In this document: piece after piece, positions 56,101-64,000 of the stretch
How positions within the stretch are numbered: position 1 is the first letter of the stretch
Layout of the letters: every line of letters starts with the position of its first letter
Position numbers and translations under genes: made by a program
The notes under the pieces: model-generated
What the model saw: the letters and a program-made list of their open reading frames with translations, nothing else
Database searches by the model: none
Told to the model about the DNA's origin: nothing
Origin: an uncultured Eubacteriales bacterium
Lineage (GTDB): Bacteria > Bacillota > Clostridia > Oscillospirales > CAG-272
Direction of reading: 5' to 3'
Length of the DNA stretch: 64,000 nt
Assembly (NCBI GenBank): GCA_934393265.1
Contig: CAKRQL010000004.1
Span: 211,225 to 275,224 of the forward strand

Positions 56101-56667
56101 GATACCGTACATTATTCTCCGCTCTTCGTCCATACCGTGGTTCTGTATTTCAAGATAGAAATCGTCGCCGAATATACTCCGCATTTCGAGCGCGTACTTC
56201 TCCGCCTCCTCCATGCTCCTGGCGAGTATAAGCTGCGGTATCTTCCCGGCTACACAACCGGAGAGGGCTATAAGTCCGTCATGGTGCTCGCGAATCAGCT
56301 CCATATCAATACGCGGCTTCATATAGAACCCGTTTATAAAGCTCTCCGATACCATGTAGCAAAGATTGCGATACCCTGTTTCATTTTTGCACAGGAGTAT
56401 CATATGGTTTCCGGACGAATCGCTCTTTCCCTCTTTCAAAAAGCGGCTCCGCGGAGCGACATAAACCTCGCAGCCGATTATCGGCTTTATCCCCCCGGCA
56501 CGGAGCGCGTCGTAAAATTCCACAGCACCGTACATGACGCCGTGGTCGGTTATTGCGACAGCCCCCTGCCCACATTCCCGCGCCTTCGCAGCTATACGGG
56601 AAATTCTCGCCGCGCCGTCAAGCAGGCTGTATTCGGTATGAAGATGAAGATGTACGAAATTTCCCAT
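53128..56667 (-). CDS. dnaE: DNA polymerase III alpha subunit (DnaE type)
   Basis: PHP domain FVHLHLHTEYSLLDGA, palm/fingers GPGRGSGAGSLVAFCIGITDVDP, PDFDIDF, and a C-terminal OB-fold region. 1179 aa. Confidence 0.95.
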   Translation of the reverse strand: MGNFVHLHLHTEYSLLDGAARISRIAAKARECGQGAVAITDHGVMYGAVEFYDALRAGGIKPIIGCEVYVAPRSRFLKEGKSDSSGNHMILLCKNETGYRNLCYMVSESFINGFYMKPRIDMELIREHHDGLIALSGCVAGKIPQLILARSMEEAEKYALEMRSIFGDDFYLEIQNHGMDEERRIMYGIRKISDKYGIPMVATNDVHYIEKTDADTQGTLMCIQTGNTVAEGKPFGFETDEYYFKSTEEMEELFRAFPGAVENTVEIAEKCNFDFSYDKLYLPDFTPEGNMTHAEKLRRDAYRGLEERIACGKISLSGRAREQYTERLEYELSVVDKMGFNAYFLIVADFVAYAKSQDIPVGPGRGSGAGSLVAFCIGITDVDPIEFDLLFERFLNPERVSMPDFDIDFCYIRREEVIDYVKRKYGEDKVAQIVTFGTLAPRAAVRDVGRALDIPYSKVDAVAKMIPREPDITLEQALSSKELRKLYLEDENVRKMLDIAREIEGMPRHASTHAAGVVITKEPTYTYVPLSYSGTGIVTQFDMNTDAKLGLVKFDFLGLRYLTVIHDAERSVRERIPDFDVTRIPKDDAETFRLLCDGRTDGVFQLESGGMKQVLTRLMPSELEDVIAVIALYRPGPMDSIDTFIRRKHGKEETVYRVPELRGVLDVTYGCIVYQEQVMQICRLLAGYSYAHADVVRRAMAKKKASAMQAERDSFISGCAEHGISRGDAEAIFDEMASFANYAFNKSHATAYGIVSYRTAYLKAHYPAEYYAALLTSVLNDRVKVKEYIDDAQKCGVRVLPPDINESGADFTVAGGNIRFGLTAINGVGKQFAEAVAKESAKRRFSSFDDFAARLSSSDINKRTVESLIKCGVFDSLGHRRSSLMAVYEAIIDSEHERMRNNISGQMDLFSVAEVHHKDGARPAYKYPDMPEYSAKELLILEKESSGMYFSGHMIDGYSEDIARHNTTGIGEILEAFSENPDGDPNSRLRDRAKVKIAGIITEQHTKVTRSGDTMAFFTLEDKLGEIEVIAFARQYSQFAKELFPENAVLVDGVISAEDGEAPRVMLSSLAPLRQNGNLPPEAPSLPASGSTEEKKENVESGTQKPGAGRLYIRVPSVTESAVSFIRRCSALHGGALQVVIFAEDTKRYLMLRDVSVRADDELLAKLHARFGEKNVVVN

Positions 56668-56754
56668 TTGCGTCCTTTCGGCGGCTTGTCCGTCTGCCGC
56701 GTATTTTTTACCGTATTTCTTATTTCGCCCGAGCTTACCTCAACCCGAGCTCAC

Positions 56755-57657
56755 TTACCCGTTTTGTTTCTTTGTATTCTGTCCGTTCGCCGACAGCATG
56801 ACCTCGCCTGCTTCCATTATTCTTTTCAGGCGATGACTTATCCCGGATTTCGATATCGGCGGTGTTGAAAGCGAGGCGAGGCGCGAAAGCGAAACATCAC
56901 GATACTGAAGCCGGAGCCTCGCCGTCGCCTCAAGCTCCTCCGGGAGGGATGCAAGCAGGTGCGCGTCTGCGAGGCGCTCTATCACCGCTATCTGCCTGAC
57001 AGCGACATCGACCGCCTTGCCTATATTGTTTGTTTCGCAGTTTGCTATTCTGCGTGCGTCGTTACGCATGTCCTTGACTATTTTTCGGTTCATGAAGATA
57101 AACGCCGTCCCGTTCATGCCGGCGGAAACAAAGAAGTCCTCTATTGACTCGCTCTTTCTGAAATACAAAACCGTTTCGTTGCGGCGTCTCGCAAGCTTCG
57201 GCTTAAGCCCCGCATTCTCAAAGCAACGTTGCATCACATCCGCCCGGTCGTAAAGAGAAAATTCAAGCGAATACTGCCTTTCCGGGTCGGAGACCCTGCC
57301 AGAGACGAGAAACACGCCGCGGAGAAAATTCTCACGGCACAGGGGACACCGCTCTTCAATGAGGGGTTCCTCACTATCTACCCCGCGCAGATACTTTTCT
57401 GCGGCGGGAGAGGAAAAGCAGAGTGCCTTTCCCCTGCCCCCTTTTTTGGGTGCGGAAATCACGGCATTCTTGCCGTATACATCGCGTATCGATTCAAGTA
57501 GAGCGCCGCAGGTCTCTTTGTCGGCATACACGGTCACAGTGCCGGAATTTACCTCTCCGCGTGCGGCAAGCACACCGCACAGCAATGCTCTGCGACAGCA
57601 CGGCTTCTTCGGAGGGTCCCCGGTTATTTCTTTTTTGCAATCGGTTGAAAAGGACAT
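56755..57657 (-). CDS. whiA: DNA-binding protein WhiA
   Basis: MSFSTDCKKEI...CCRRALLCGVL, degenerate LAGLIDADG-type domains, and a C-terminal HTH (ISKSGISHRLKRI). Confidence 0.9.
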   Translation of the reverse strand: MSFSTDCKKEITGDPPKKPCCRRALLCGVLAARGEVNSGTVTVYADKETCGALLESIRDVYGKNAVISAPKKGGRGKALCFSSPAAEKYLRGVDSEEPLIEERCPLCRENFLRGVFLVSGRVSDPERQYSLEFSLYDRADVMQRCFENAGLKPKLARRRNETVLYFRKSESIEDFFVSAGMNGTAFIFMNRKIVKDMRNDARRIANCETNNIGKAVDVAVRQIAVIERLADAHLLASLPEELEATARLRLQYRDVSLSRLASLSTPPISKSGISHRLKRIMEAGEVMLSANGQNTKKQNG

Positions 57658-57693
57658 ACCGCCTCCGTAAATTTCCGGATATTTCCGATAAAA

Positions 57694-58578
57694 TCAAGAC
57701 AAAATCTCTATTTCCGTGTTCAGCGTCACGCCGTAAAGTCGACTTACCTCAGCACGGATGTACTCTATAAGCCGCGCTACATCAGAGGATGTGGCACCGC
57801 CGTCGTTAATGATAAATCCGGCATGCTTCTCAGAGACCACGGCACCGCCGATGCGCACGCCGCGCAGACCCGCGGCGTCTATAAGTCGCGCAGGTATCAC
57901 GCCTCCGTTGCGAAGAAATACACTGCCGAGACTCCTGCCCTGCGGCTGTGATTCCCTTCTTTTCCGGTTTATTGCGGCAATTCTCGTAAGCGTAGCGGCA
58001 GGGTCACACCCCTCCGCACGGAATGTCGCGTCGATAAGATAGAGCCCACCGGCGTGCAACGCCGAATAACGGTATGAAAAATCCATATCGGCGGCACTCA
58101 TGACAAACGTCTCTCCCTCGTCGGCGGAATAAATCGTCGCACGCAGGAGGTAATCTGCGCAGGAGCCTCCGAACGAGCCGCAGTTTGAATATACAAATCC
58201 GCCGACAGTCCCGGGTATTCCGCATACCGGAGAAAAATCAGCCAGACCGCGCTCTGCCGCGACCCTCACAAGATACGGGACCGGGCACCCGCAGGAAACG
58301 GTAATCTCATTATCCCGGCACTCTATGGCTGTAAGCAGGTCGGTTCTGACTATCACCCCGGTATAAATTCCGTCCGGCGGGAGAATATTTGTCATATTTC
58401 CGACGACGCGATAGCGTCTGCCGGACGAATGTAAACGGGAAATAACGGCGCATAAAGCGTCGCCGCTCTGCGGCGATATGGCGAGATATGCCCGTCCGCC
58501 ACAGCCCATTGATGACATTTTTGACAGGTCGGGGAGGAACTCATATGAGCACCCCTCGCTTTCGGTGTAAGAAAACAT
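57694..58578 (-). CDS. murB: UDP-N-acetylenolpyruvoylglucosamine reductase MurB
   Basis: FAD-binding domain (VVGNMTNIL, GIPGTVGG), RSLGSVF, and GGAVVSEKHAGFIIN. Confidence 0.9.
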   Translation of the reverse strand: MFSYTESEGCSYEFLPDLSKMSSMGCGGRAYLAISPQSGDALCAVISRLHSSGRRYRVVGNMTNILPPDGIYTGVIVRTDLLTAIECRDNEITVSCGCPVPYLVRVAAERGLADFSPVCGIPGTVGGFVYSNCGSFGGSCADYLLRATIYSADEGETFVMSAADMDFSYRYSALHAGGLYLIDATFRAEGCDPAATLTRIAAINRKRRESQPQGRSLGSVFLRNGGVIPARLIDAAGLRGVRIGGAVVSEKHAGFIINDGGATSSDVARLIEYIRAEVSRLYGVTLNTEIEILS

Positions 58579-58655
58579 GTACGGTATATCTCCGTTCCTT
58601 TATTCTCTTTTCACTTCCTGTCTTTTTCTCCCCGGCGATCATGGCTGTCCGAAAG

Positions 58656-60368
58656 CTATTCTTTCTCCGCCGCTTTTCTGTATTCCTCGCGCTCGAGCAG
58701 CATATCCACCGCAGCGGCGCGCTGTGAGTATGTTACCTTTATTCCGCCGAGAACTCTCGAGAGCTCGGCTATCCTGCCCTCATCGTCAAGGGCACGCACG
58801 GATGTTTCGGTTTTTCCACCGACATCGGTCTTTGTGATAAGGAGATGCAGGTCGGCAAGGGAGGCTATCTGCGCGCTGTGCGTTACGCATATCACCTGTG
58901 ATGCACGCGAGAGGCCGAGCATGCGTATTCCTATCTTCCGCGCTGTCTTGCCGGAGACGCCGGCGTCTATTTCATCGAATATGAGCGTGCCTGCGCCCTC
59001 GCTGTCCGCAATGACCGAGCGGAGCGCGAGCATGACGCGCGACATCTCGCCGCCTGAGGCGGTTTTTGAAAGCGGTGCGGGATCCGCTCCGGCATTTGCC
59101 GAGAAGAAAAGCTCCGGCTCGTCATATCCGAGCCTGTCGAGCGAATATTTTCTGCCGTCTCTTCGTTCGGACACCGTAACATAGAATGTCGCCTTTGGCA
59201 TATCGAGATACCCAAGGCTGTCCTTTACCCGCTCACCTATCTCTCGCGCGGCGGATAGCCTCGCCTCGTGGAGTCTGTCCGCGAGCGCCGCCGCTTTGGT
59301 ATAAAGCTCCTCTTCGCGCTTTGTAAGCTCTGTGGCAATCTCATCGGAATTTTCTATCCCCTGAAGCTCTGCCGCGATTTTTTCTCTGAAAGCGAGAATA
59401 TCGGCAATGGTAGCTCCATACTTGCGTTGTAGCTTTGTTATTCTGTCGAGGCGCGCCTCAATTTCGTTGAGAGTCTCCTCCGGATCTGCGTCAAATTCGG
59501 ATATGACATCGTGAACCGATTCGGCAATGTCCTCCGTTCTGTATAGAAAATCCGTGAGCCTCTCCGCGTATGCGGCAAAGTCCGGGATAACATCGGATAT
59601 CTGCTTTAGCGCCTGTGCCGAGCGGTCAAGAAGGAAAGCCACGCTCCCCTTTTCGCTCCCGCGAAGTGCCTTGTATACAAAGCCCGCGTTCTTTATTATA
59701 CGCTCGCTGTTCTTGATTTTTGCCTTACGGTCGATAAGCTCTTCAAGCTCGCCGTCCGTTAATCCTGCGGAATCTATATCTTTGAGCTGATATGCGAGAA
59801 TCTCGCGGAGTCTCTCACCCTCTGAGTGGCGGCGCTCGTTTTCCTTTATCTCTCTCCTGCACTCCTCGAGCGCGGAGTACGCCTCGGCATAATCGGAGAG
59901 AAGAGCGGCACAGCCGGCATATCGGTCGAGGAGCGCCACCTTTGCGCCCCTGTCGGAATATTCCCCGTTATCGCCCTGCCCGTGCATGGTGATGAGCGCG
60001 GGAGAAACGGCGCGGAGGACGGAGAGCGTGACGCCACGCCCGTTTATCCTGATAGCGGAGCGCCCGTCCGTGCCTATGTTTCTTTGAATAAGTATATTTC
60101 CGTCCTCGTCCGGATATACGCCCGCCGTACTCAGTATTTTCAGAGCTTCCTCACCAATACTGCCGAACAGCCCGGAAACCATAGCCCCCGTCTCTCCGGT
60201 TCTTATGAGCTCCCTGTCCGCCTTACCACCGAGGAGAAGAAGTATGCTGTCGAGCATCACCGATTTTCCTGCTCCGGTCTCTCCGGTCAGTGCCGTAAAG
60301 TGCGGGTCAAAATCTATATCCGCACATTTTATCACCGCTATGTTTTCTATATGCAAGGATTGCAGCAT
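58656..60368 (-). CDS. recN: DNA repair protein RecN
   Basis: MLQSLHIENIAVI, Walker A LTGETGAGKSV, a long coiled coil, the signature SGGEMSRVMLAL, and Walker B LIFDEIDAGVSG. Confidence 0.95.
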   Translation of the reverse strand: MLQSLHIENIAVIKCADIDFDPHFTALTGETGAGKSVMLDSILLLLGGKADRELIRTGETGAMVSGLFGSIGEEALKILSTAGVYPDEDGNILIQRNIGTDGRSAIRINGRGVTLSVLRAVSPALITMHGQGDNGEYSDRGAKVALLDRYAGCAALLSDYAEAYSALEECRREIKENERRHSEGERLREILAYQLKDIDSAGLTDGELEELIDRKAKIKNSERIIKNAGFVYKALRGSEKGSVAFLLDRSAQALKQISDVIPDFAAYAERLTDFLYRTEDIAESVHDVISEFDADPEETLNEIEARLDRITKLQRKYGATIADILAFREKIAAELQGIENSDEIATELTKREEELYTKAAALADRLHEARLSAAREIGERVKDSLGYLDMPKATFYVTVSERRDGRKYSLDRLGYDEPELFFSANAGADPAPLSKTASGGEMSRVMLALRSVIADSEGAGTLIFDEIDAGVSGKTARKIGIRMLGLSRASQVICVTHSAQIASLADLHLLITKTDVGGKTETSVRALDDEGRIAELSRVLGGIKVTYSQRAAAVDMLLEREEYRKAAEKE

Positions 60369-60387
60369 TTGTTTTTCCTCCGTCAGA

Positions 60388-60843
60388 TTATCCGAATCTG
60401 AAGGTATCGCGCAGCTTTTTCTCCGTCTCCTTTGCGGCGGCGGCAGTCTTTATGACAAGGAGAATGGTGTCATCTCCGGCGACGCTGCCGATTATCTCGT
60501 TATAGCCGCAGGAATCGACGCAGACGGCGACGGCATTTGCCATGCCGGCATACGTCTTTATAACAACTATATTTTCAGCCGCCTCAATATTCGTCACAGC
60601 GTCGGTTATAGCCGAGTTCAGCACCGGAACACCGGATTCGCGGCGCATCTGCGGAAGTATATACTTATAGGTCCCGCGGCTTGTGGTACCCTTTACAAGC
60701 TTCAGCTGCTTTATGTCGCGCGAAACCGTCGTCTGTGTCGCGTTTATTCCCGCATCCGCGAGTCTGCGAATCAGGGCATCCTGCGTATCTATCTCGTATT
60801 TTTCAACGAGCTCAAGTATTTTTTCCTGTCTTGCGTTTTTCAT
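60388..60843 (-). CDS. argR: Arginine repressor ArgR/AhrC
   Basis: RQEKILELVEKYEIDTQDALIRRLADAGINATQTTVSRDIKQL and C-terminal GSVAGDDTILLV. Confidence 0.9.
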   Translation of the reverse strand: MKNARQEKILELVEKYEIDTQDALIRRLADAGINATQTTVSRDIKQLKLVKGTTSRGTYKYILPQMRRESGVPVLNSAITDAVTNIEAAENIVVIKTYAGMANAVAVCVDSCGYNEIIGSVAGDDTILLVIKTAAAAKETEKKLRDTFRFG

Positions 60844-60859
60844 TGTCTTTCCTTTCGTG

Positions 60860-61699
60860 TCAGAGGATGTTCTGCGTAAGCTTCATTTTATCGAAGAGGT
60901 TTCTGAACATATTACCGTTGCAGAATGAGAGCATTTCGAGCCTGTGCGCCGATTTGCGCACCTCGCACGACGCGCCGGGCAGAAGAGACGCGAGGTCCCT
61001 GCCGTCTATACTTATTTTCATCGGTGCCGTTCCTGTATTTGTCACCGTCAGCGTCTCGTCCGCGCCGAAGATCAGAGAGCGGTTGAAGAATGTATGCGGG
61101 CATATCGGCGTTACAAGCAGAGACTCGACATTCTGCGCCACCACCGGACCGCCTGCCGAGAGCGAATATGCGGTAGAGCCGGCGGGGGTCGCAAATATTA
61201 TTCCGTCCGCGCGGTACCGGAGACACTCCCCGATACTGTCACCGAGCAAAAAGTCCGCCATACCGAGCGGGGCTGAATGCGAGAGTATTATATCGTTTAC
61301 CGCGTACCGCCCAAGCCGCACACCGTCCGTTATGACTTCGAGGAGCATTTTTTCATGCACCGTATATCTCCCGTCTCTGAGCCCTGCGAGCTTTCCTATA
61401 TCCGCCGGCTCGGTCTCGCTGAGATAACCGAGCTTCCCGAGATTGACGCCCGTCAGCGGTATACCGTGCGCGACGGCATAAACCGACGCATCAAGCACCG
61501 AGCCGTCGCCGCCTATTACAACTATCGCCTCGGCAGAGCCGGGAAATTCGTCATACGGAACCGTATCCGGAAGTCTCCCGGCATACTTCCGCTCCGTCAT
61601 TACCGTAATTCCCGCCGCGGCGAGCGTTTTGCACACCGCAATGGTAACGGCAAGGTCTTTATCCTTGTTTTCGTTGGGGATGAGAGCTATATTCTTCAT
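60860..61699 (-). CDS. nadK: NAD kinase
   Basis: VVIGGDGSVL, GVNLGKLGYL, TPAGSTAYSLSAGGP. Confidence 0.9.
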   Translation of the reverse strand: MKNIALIPNENKDKDLAVTIAVCKTLAAAGITVMTERKYAGRLPDTVPYDEFPGSAEAIVVIGGDGSVLDASVYAVAHGIPLTGVNLGKLGYLSETEPADIGKLAGLRDGRYTVHEKMLLEVITDGVRLGRYAVNDIILSHSAPLGMADFLLGDSIGECLRYRADGIIFATPAGSTAYSLSAGGPVVAQNVESLLVTPICPHTFFNRSLIFGADETLTVTNTGTAPMKISIDGRDLASLLPGASCEVRKSAHRLEMLSFCNGNMFRNLFDKMKLTQNIL

Positions 61700-61732
61700 T
61701 GATACCCCTTTCCGCTGCGGTTCTGCCCCGCT

Positions 61733-62458
61733 TTATTTTCTCATATATGCAAGATATTCCGTATTTCCGTCTCCGCCGAGTATCGGAGATGCAATGCATC
61801 CGAGCACCGTAAAGCCGCACTTAGCGGCGAAGTCAAGAACCCGACCGACCGCCGATGCGCGCACTGCGGCGTCACGCACTATGCCGCCCTTTCCTATTCC
61901 GGCGGGTCCGACCTCGAATTGCGGTTTTATAAGACATATAAAATCGCCGTGCTCGGCAAGGACGGTCATTACATTCGGAATTATGTATGTAGCCGAAATG
62001 AACGAAACATCCATAACGGCAAGCTCCGGTGTATAAAAGAGTTTATCAGGAGACAGATAGCGCGCATTGCAATTCTCAACCGATGTCACCCGCGGGTCGC
62101 CCGCAAGGCTCGCGGCAAGCTGTCCGTGCCCGGAATCAACGGCGATTACATGCTTTGCACCGCTTTTCAGGAGGCAATCGGTAAATCCCCCTGTCGACGC
62201 TCCTATATCAAGGCACATGCGCCCCGTGGGGTCAATGCCGAATGCGGAGAGCGCCGCCTCAAGCTTCAGCCCGCCGCGGCTCGCATATCTTCTGTCATCC
62301 GATATAAGAATGACATTATCCGCGTCATCCGGTACATCGAATGCCGGCTTTGTGACGGTTCGCCCGCCGACGGTCACTGCGCCCGTTTTTATATAATCCT
62401 GCGCCTCCGTCCGGCTCTTTGCAAAGCCGCGCGAGAAGAGAAAAACATCAAGCCTCAT
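61733..62458 (-). CDS. tlyA: TlyA-family rRNA 2'-O-methyltransferase
   Basis: S4 domain MRLDVFLFSRGFAKSRTEAQDYI, ASRGGLKLE, and the SAM site LDIGASTGGFTD. Confidence 0.85.
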   Translation of the reverse strand: MRLDVFLFSRGFAKSRTEAQDYIKTGAVTVGGRTVTKPAFDVPDDADNVILISDDRRYASRGGLKLEAALSAFGIDPTGRMCLDIGASTGGFTDCLLKSGAKHVIAVDSGHGQLAASLAGDPRVTSVENCNARYLSPDKLFYTPELAVMDVSFISATYIIPNVMTVLAEHGDFICLIKPQFEVGPAGIGKGGIVRDAAVRASAVGRVLDFAAKCGFTVLGCIASPILGGDGNTEYLAYMRK

Positions 62459-62687
62459 CTGACGCTACCGTAAAAGCCGTGTCGGTGACGGTACCGTCTG
62501 CGCCCTCTGTCAGGAGGCGCACCTTCTGCTCCGCGTTATCGAGTGCCGAATTGCAGAATTTAACGAGCTCGACCGAGCGCGAAAATGCCTTTATCTGCTC
62601 GTCGAGGGTCATGTCCCCGCCCTCGAGCTTTCTTACCGTATCCTCGAGCTCCGCGAGTGCGGACTCAAAGGTCATATCCTTTTTCAT
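62448..62687 (-). CDS. xseB: Exodeoxyribonuclease VII small subunit
   Basis: FESALAELEDTVRKLEGGDMTLDEQIKAF. 79 aa; overlaps the tlyA start by 11 nt. Confidence 0.9.
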   Translation of the reverse strand: MKKDMTFESALAELEDTVRKLEGGDMTLDEQIKAFSRSVELVKFCNSALDNAEQKVRLLTEGADGTVTDTAFTVASDEA

Positions 62688-62711
62688 GGTATTCCTCCGC
62701 TTTGTGTAGAG

Positions 62712-63929
62712 TTATTTTCGTTCGGCTGTTATTTCGCCGTCCGACATACGGAGCCGGAACTCTCCGCCCGCCGGAATATCCGCGACGGAAGAGACCGCCC
62801 TGCCCCCGATGCTCGCGACGGAATAGCCGCGCCGCAGTATGGCGAGCGGGCTCATGGCATCCGCCTTGCCCGCAAGGAGTGCGAGCGCGTTTCGCTTTGC
62901 GGTAAGAAATGCTGTGCAAGCGCGCGCCGCGTCATCGGAAAGTGAGGCGAGCTTTTCACGCCTATCCGAAAACATGAGCGCAGGGTCGGAAAAAACCTTG
63001 CTCATGCGCAATGTATCAAGGCGTTCTCTGCATCTTCCGGCATTTCTCACAAGAGCCGCCGCGCACCTCTCCTCCGCCGTATCGAGCGAGAGCCGGAGCT
63101 CACGCACATCGGGAACCGCAAGCTCCGCCGCGGCAGACGGTGTCGGCGCGCGCATATCCGCGACAAAGTCGCAGATCGTATAATCTCTCTCGTGCCCGAC
63201 AGCCGATATTATCGGGACCGTAGCGGCATATATGCGCCGCGCGAGCTTTTCGCTGTTGAAAGCCCAAAGGTCCTCTATCGACCCGCCGCCACGACCTATT
63301 ATGACAACATCGCAAAGGCGCGAGCGGTCAAAATAATCAACGGCGGCAATAAGATTTTCCTCGGCTCCGTCTCCCTGTACAAGGCTGCCGTAAACATATA
63401 CCCTTGCGAGAGGAAAGCGCCGGTTCATGACGTTTATTATATCCCGTACAGCCGCTCCGGTCGGCGAGGTTATCACTCCTACCCTCATTGGCATTTTCGG
63501 GAGCGGGAGCTTGTGCTCCTCGTCAAAGAGCCCCTCTCTGCCGAGCTTTTCTTTCAGCTGCTCGTAAGCCAGCGCGAGCGCGCCGACTCCGTCCGGCTGC
63601 ATCGTCGAGACGTATATCTGATATTCTCCGCGGACGGGATAAACCGAAACCGTACCGCTGACAATGACTTTCATTCCGTTCTCGGGAGTGAAGCGCAGGC
63701 GAGCGGCGGAGGAGCGGAACATCACCGCCCTTATCTGCCCGCCGTCGTCTTTAAGAGAAAAATAGAGGTGCCCCGTAGATGAATGCGCGACGAAATTCGA
63801 TATTTCTCCGGTGACATATATTCCCGCCATCGGCTTTGCCGATTCTATTATTCCCTTTATCCGCTCATTGAGCTCGGATACCGTGATGGGCGCGCCGCTA
63901 CCGCGCTCGCGCAATGCGGTTATATCCAT
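62712..63929 (-). CDS. xseA: Exodeoxyribonuclease VII large subunit
   Basis: OB-fold N-terminus (VSELNERIKGIIE...YVTGEISNF, GHLYFSLKD), GVITSPTGAAVRDI, IIGRGGGSIEDLWAFN. Confidence 0.9.
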   Translation of the reverse strand: MDITALRERGSGAPITVSELNERIKGIIESAKPMAGIYVTGEISNFVAHSSTGHLYFSLKDDGGQIRAVMFRSSAARLRFTPENGMKVIVSGTVSVYPVRGEYQIYVSTMQPDGVGALALAYEQLKEKLGREGLFDEEHKLPLPKMPMRVGVITSPTGAAVRDIINVMNRRFPLARVYVYGSLVQGDGAEENLIAAVDYFDRSRLCDVVIIGRGGGSIEDLWAFNSEKLARRIYAATVPIISAVGHERDYTICDFVADMRAPTPSAAAELAVPDVRELRLSLDTAEERCAAALVRNAGRCRERLDTLRMSKVFSDPALMFSDRREKLASLSDDAARACTAFLTAKRNALALLAGKADAMSPLAILRRGYSVASIGGRAVSSVADIPAGGEFRLRMSDGEITAERK

Positions 63930-63930
63930 T

Positions 63931-64000
63931 TCAGAACTCCTTCATATACCTCCGGCGGGCGAGCGCGGCTATGCCGACGGCGTTGTCAGCCGAGAGCGCC
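63931..64000 (-). CDS. 3' end of an unidentified gene continuing beyond the window
   Basis: On the minus strand an open frame runs to TGA at 63931-63933 (…ALSADNAVGIAALARRRYMKEF*). It contains the xseA AAGGAG ribosome-binding site. Too short to identify. Confidence 0.3.
   Translation of the reverse strand, partial: ALSADNAVGIAALARRRYMKEF

Noticed and set aside
56668-56754. The direct repeat AGCTCGGG ... AGCTCGGG (minus strand) between whiA and dnaE.
   Set aside because: There are only two 8-nt copies, with no hairpin potential or flanking signals. This is most likely chance in a GC-rich spacer.
10242-61427. Many very long ORFs antisense to confidently assigned genes. Examples: 10242-10988, 24512-25237, 28700-29449, 31115-32083 (322 aa), 38018-38941 (307 aa), 40871-41866 (331 aa), 49870-50889 (339 aa), 54424-55230, 55789-56868 (359 aa), 60681-61427.
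   Set aside because: Every one lies opposite a gene with strong family motifs. Their translations are low-complexity and rich in Arg, Cys and Ile, with no recognisable domains or ribosome-binding sites. The pattern recurs across the window, which fits codon-bias shadow ORFs rather than overlapping genes.
1-64000. A search by eye for CRISPR repeats, tRNA/rRNA genes, IS inverted repeats, transposases, toxin-antitoxin pairs and known defence-system domains.
   Set aside because: I recognised none. The intergenic regions are short (218 nt at most) and are explained by promoters, terminators and leaders. A computational scan (tRNAscan, Rfam, repeat finders, defence-system HMMs) would be needed to exclude small or degenerate elements.

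Overview
This window is a gene-dense stretch of core chromosome from an endospore-forming Firmicute, probably of the Clostridia type. That placement is an inference from spoIIGA-sigE, spoVT, whiA and the gdpP-rplI-dnaB synteny. I call 55 CDS; by my coordinates only about 3.45 kb (about 5%) is intergenic. Most genes are housekeeping: replication and repair (dnaB, dnaG, dnaE, recG, rarA, recN, xseAB, a ParC/GyrA-type subunit), transcription (rpoD, sigE, argR, whiA, spoVT), translation and tRNA modification (rplI, rpmE, prfA, tsaC/sua5, tilS, mnmA, tmcAL, ychF, hflX), proteostasis (ftsH, clpE) and cofactor or envelope functions (coaE, nadK, murB). Reading by eye, I found no rRNA, tRNA, CRISPR array, transposase/IS, prophage block or recognisable defence genes. 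Several sigma-A-type promoters with exact 17-nt spacers and several intrinsic terminators are visible. The least ordinary locus is a five-gene biotin-dependent decarboxylase operon (1979-7166). It combines a divergent 12S-type and a 5S-type carboxyltransferase with one BCCP, one OadG-like subunit and one Na+-pump beta subunit. Smaller oddities:
- a ComEC whose C-terminal metallo-beta-lactamase motifs look degenerate;
- a Xer-family recombinase overlapping an HTH plus helical-repeat regulator at the window edge;
- a structured 175-nt spacer ahead of an aldo-keto-reductase/ECF-S-component/DUF1893 trio;
- an orphan OmpR-type response regulator;
- an orphan CpsB-type phosphatase next to an orphan lipoprotein.
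I see no convincing evidence for a wholly new multi-gene system here. All function calls rest on remembered family motifs, not on searches.
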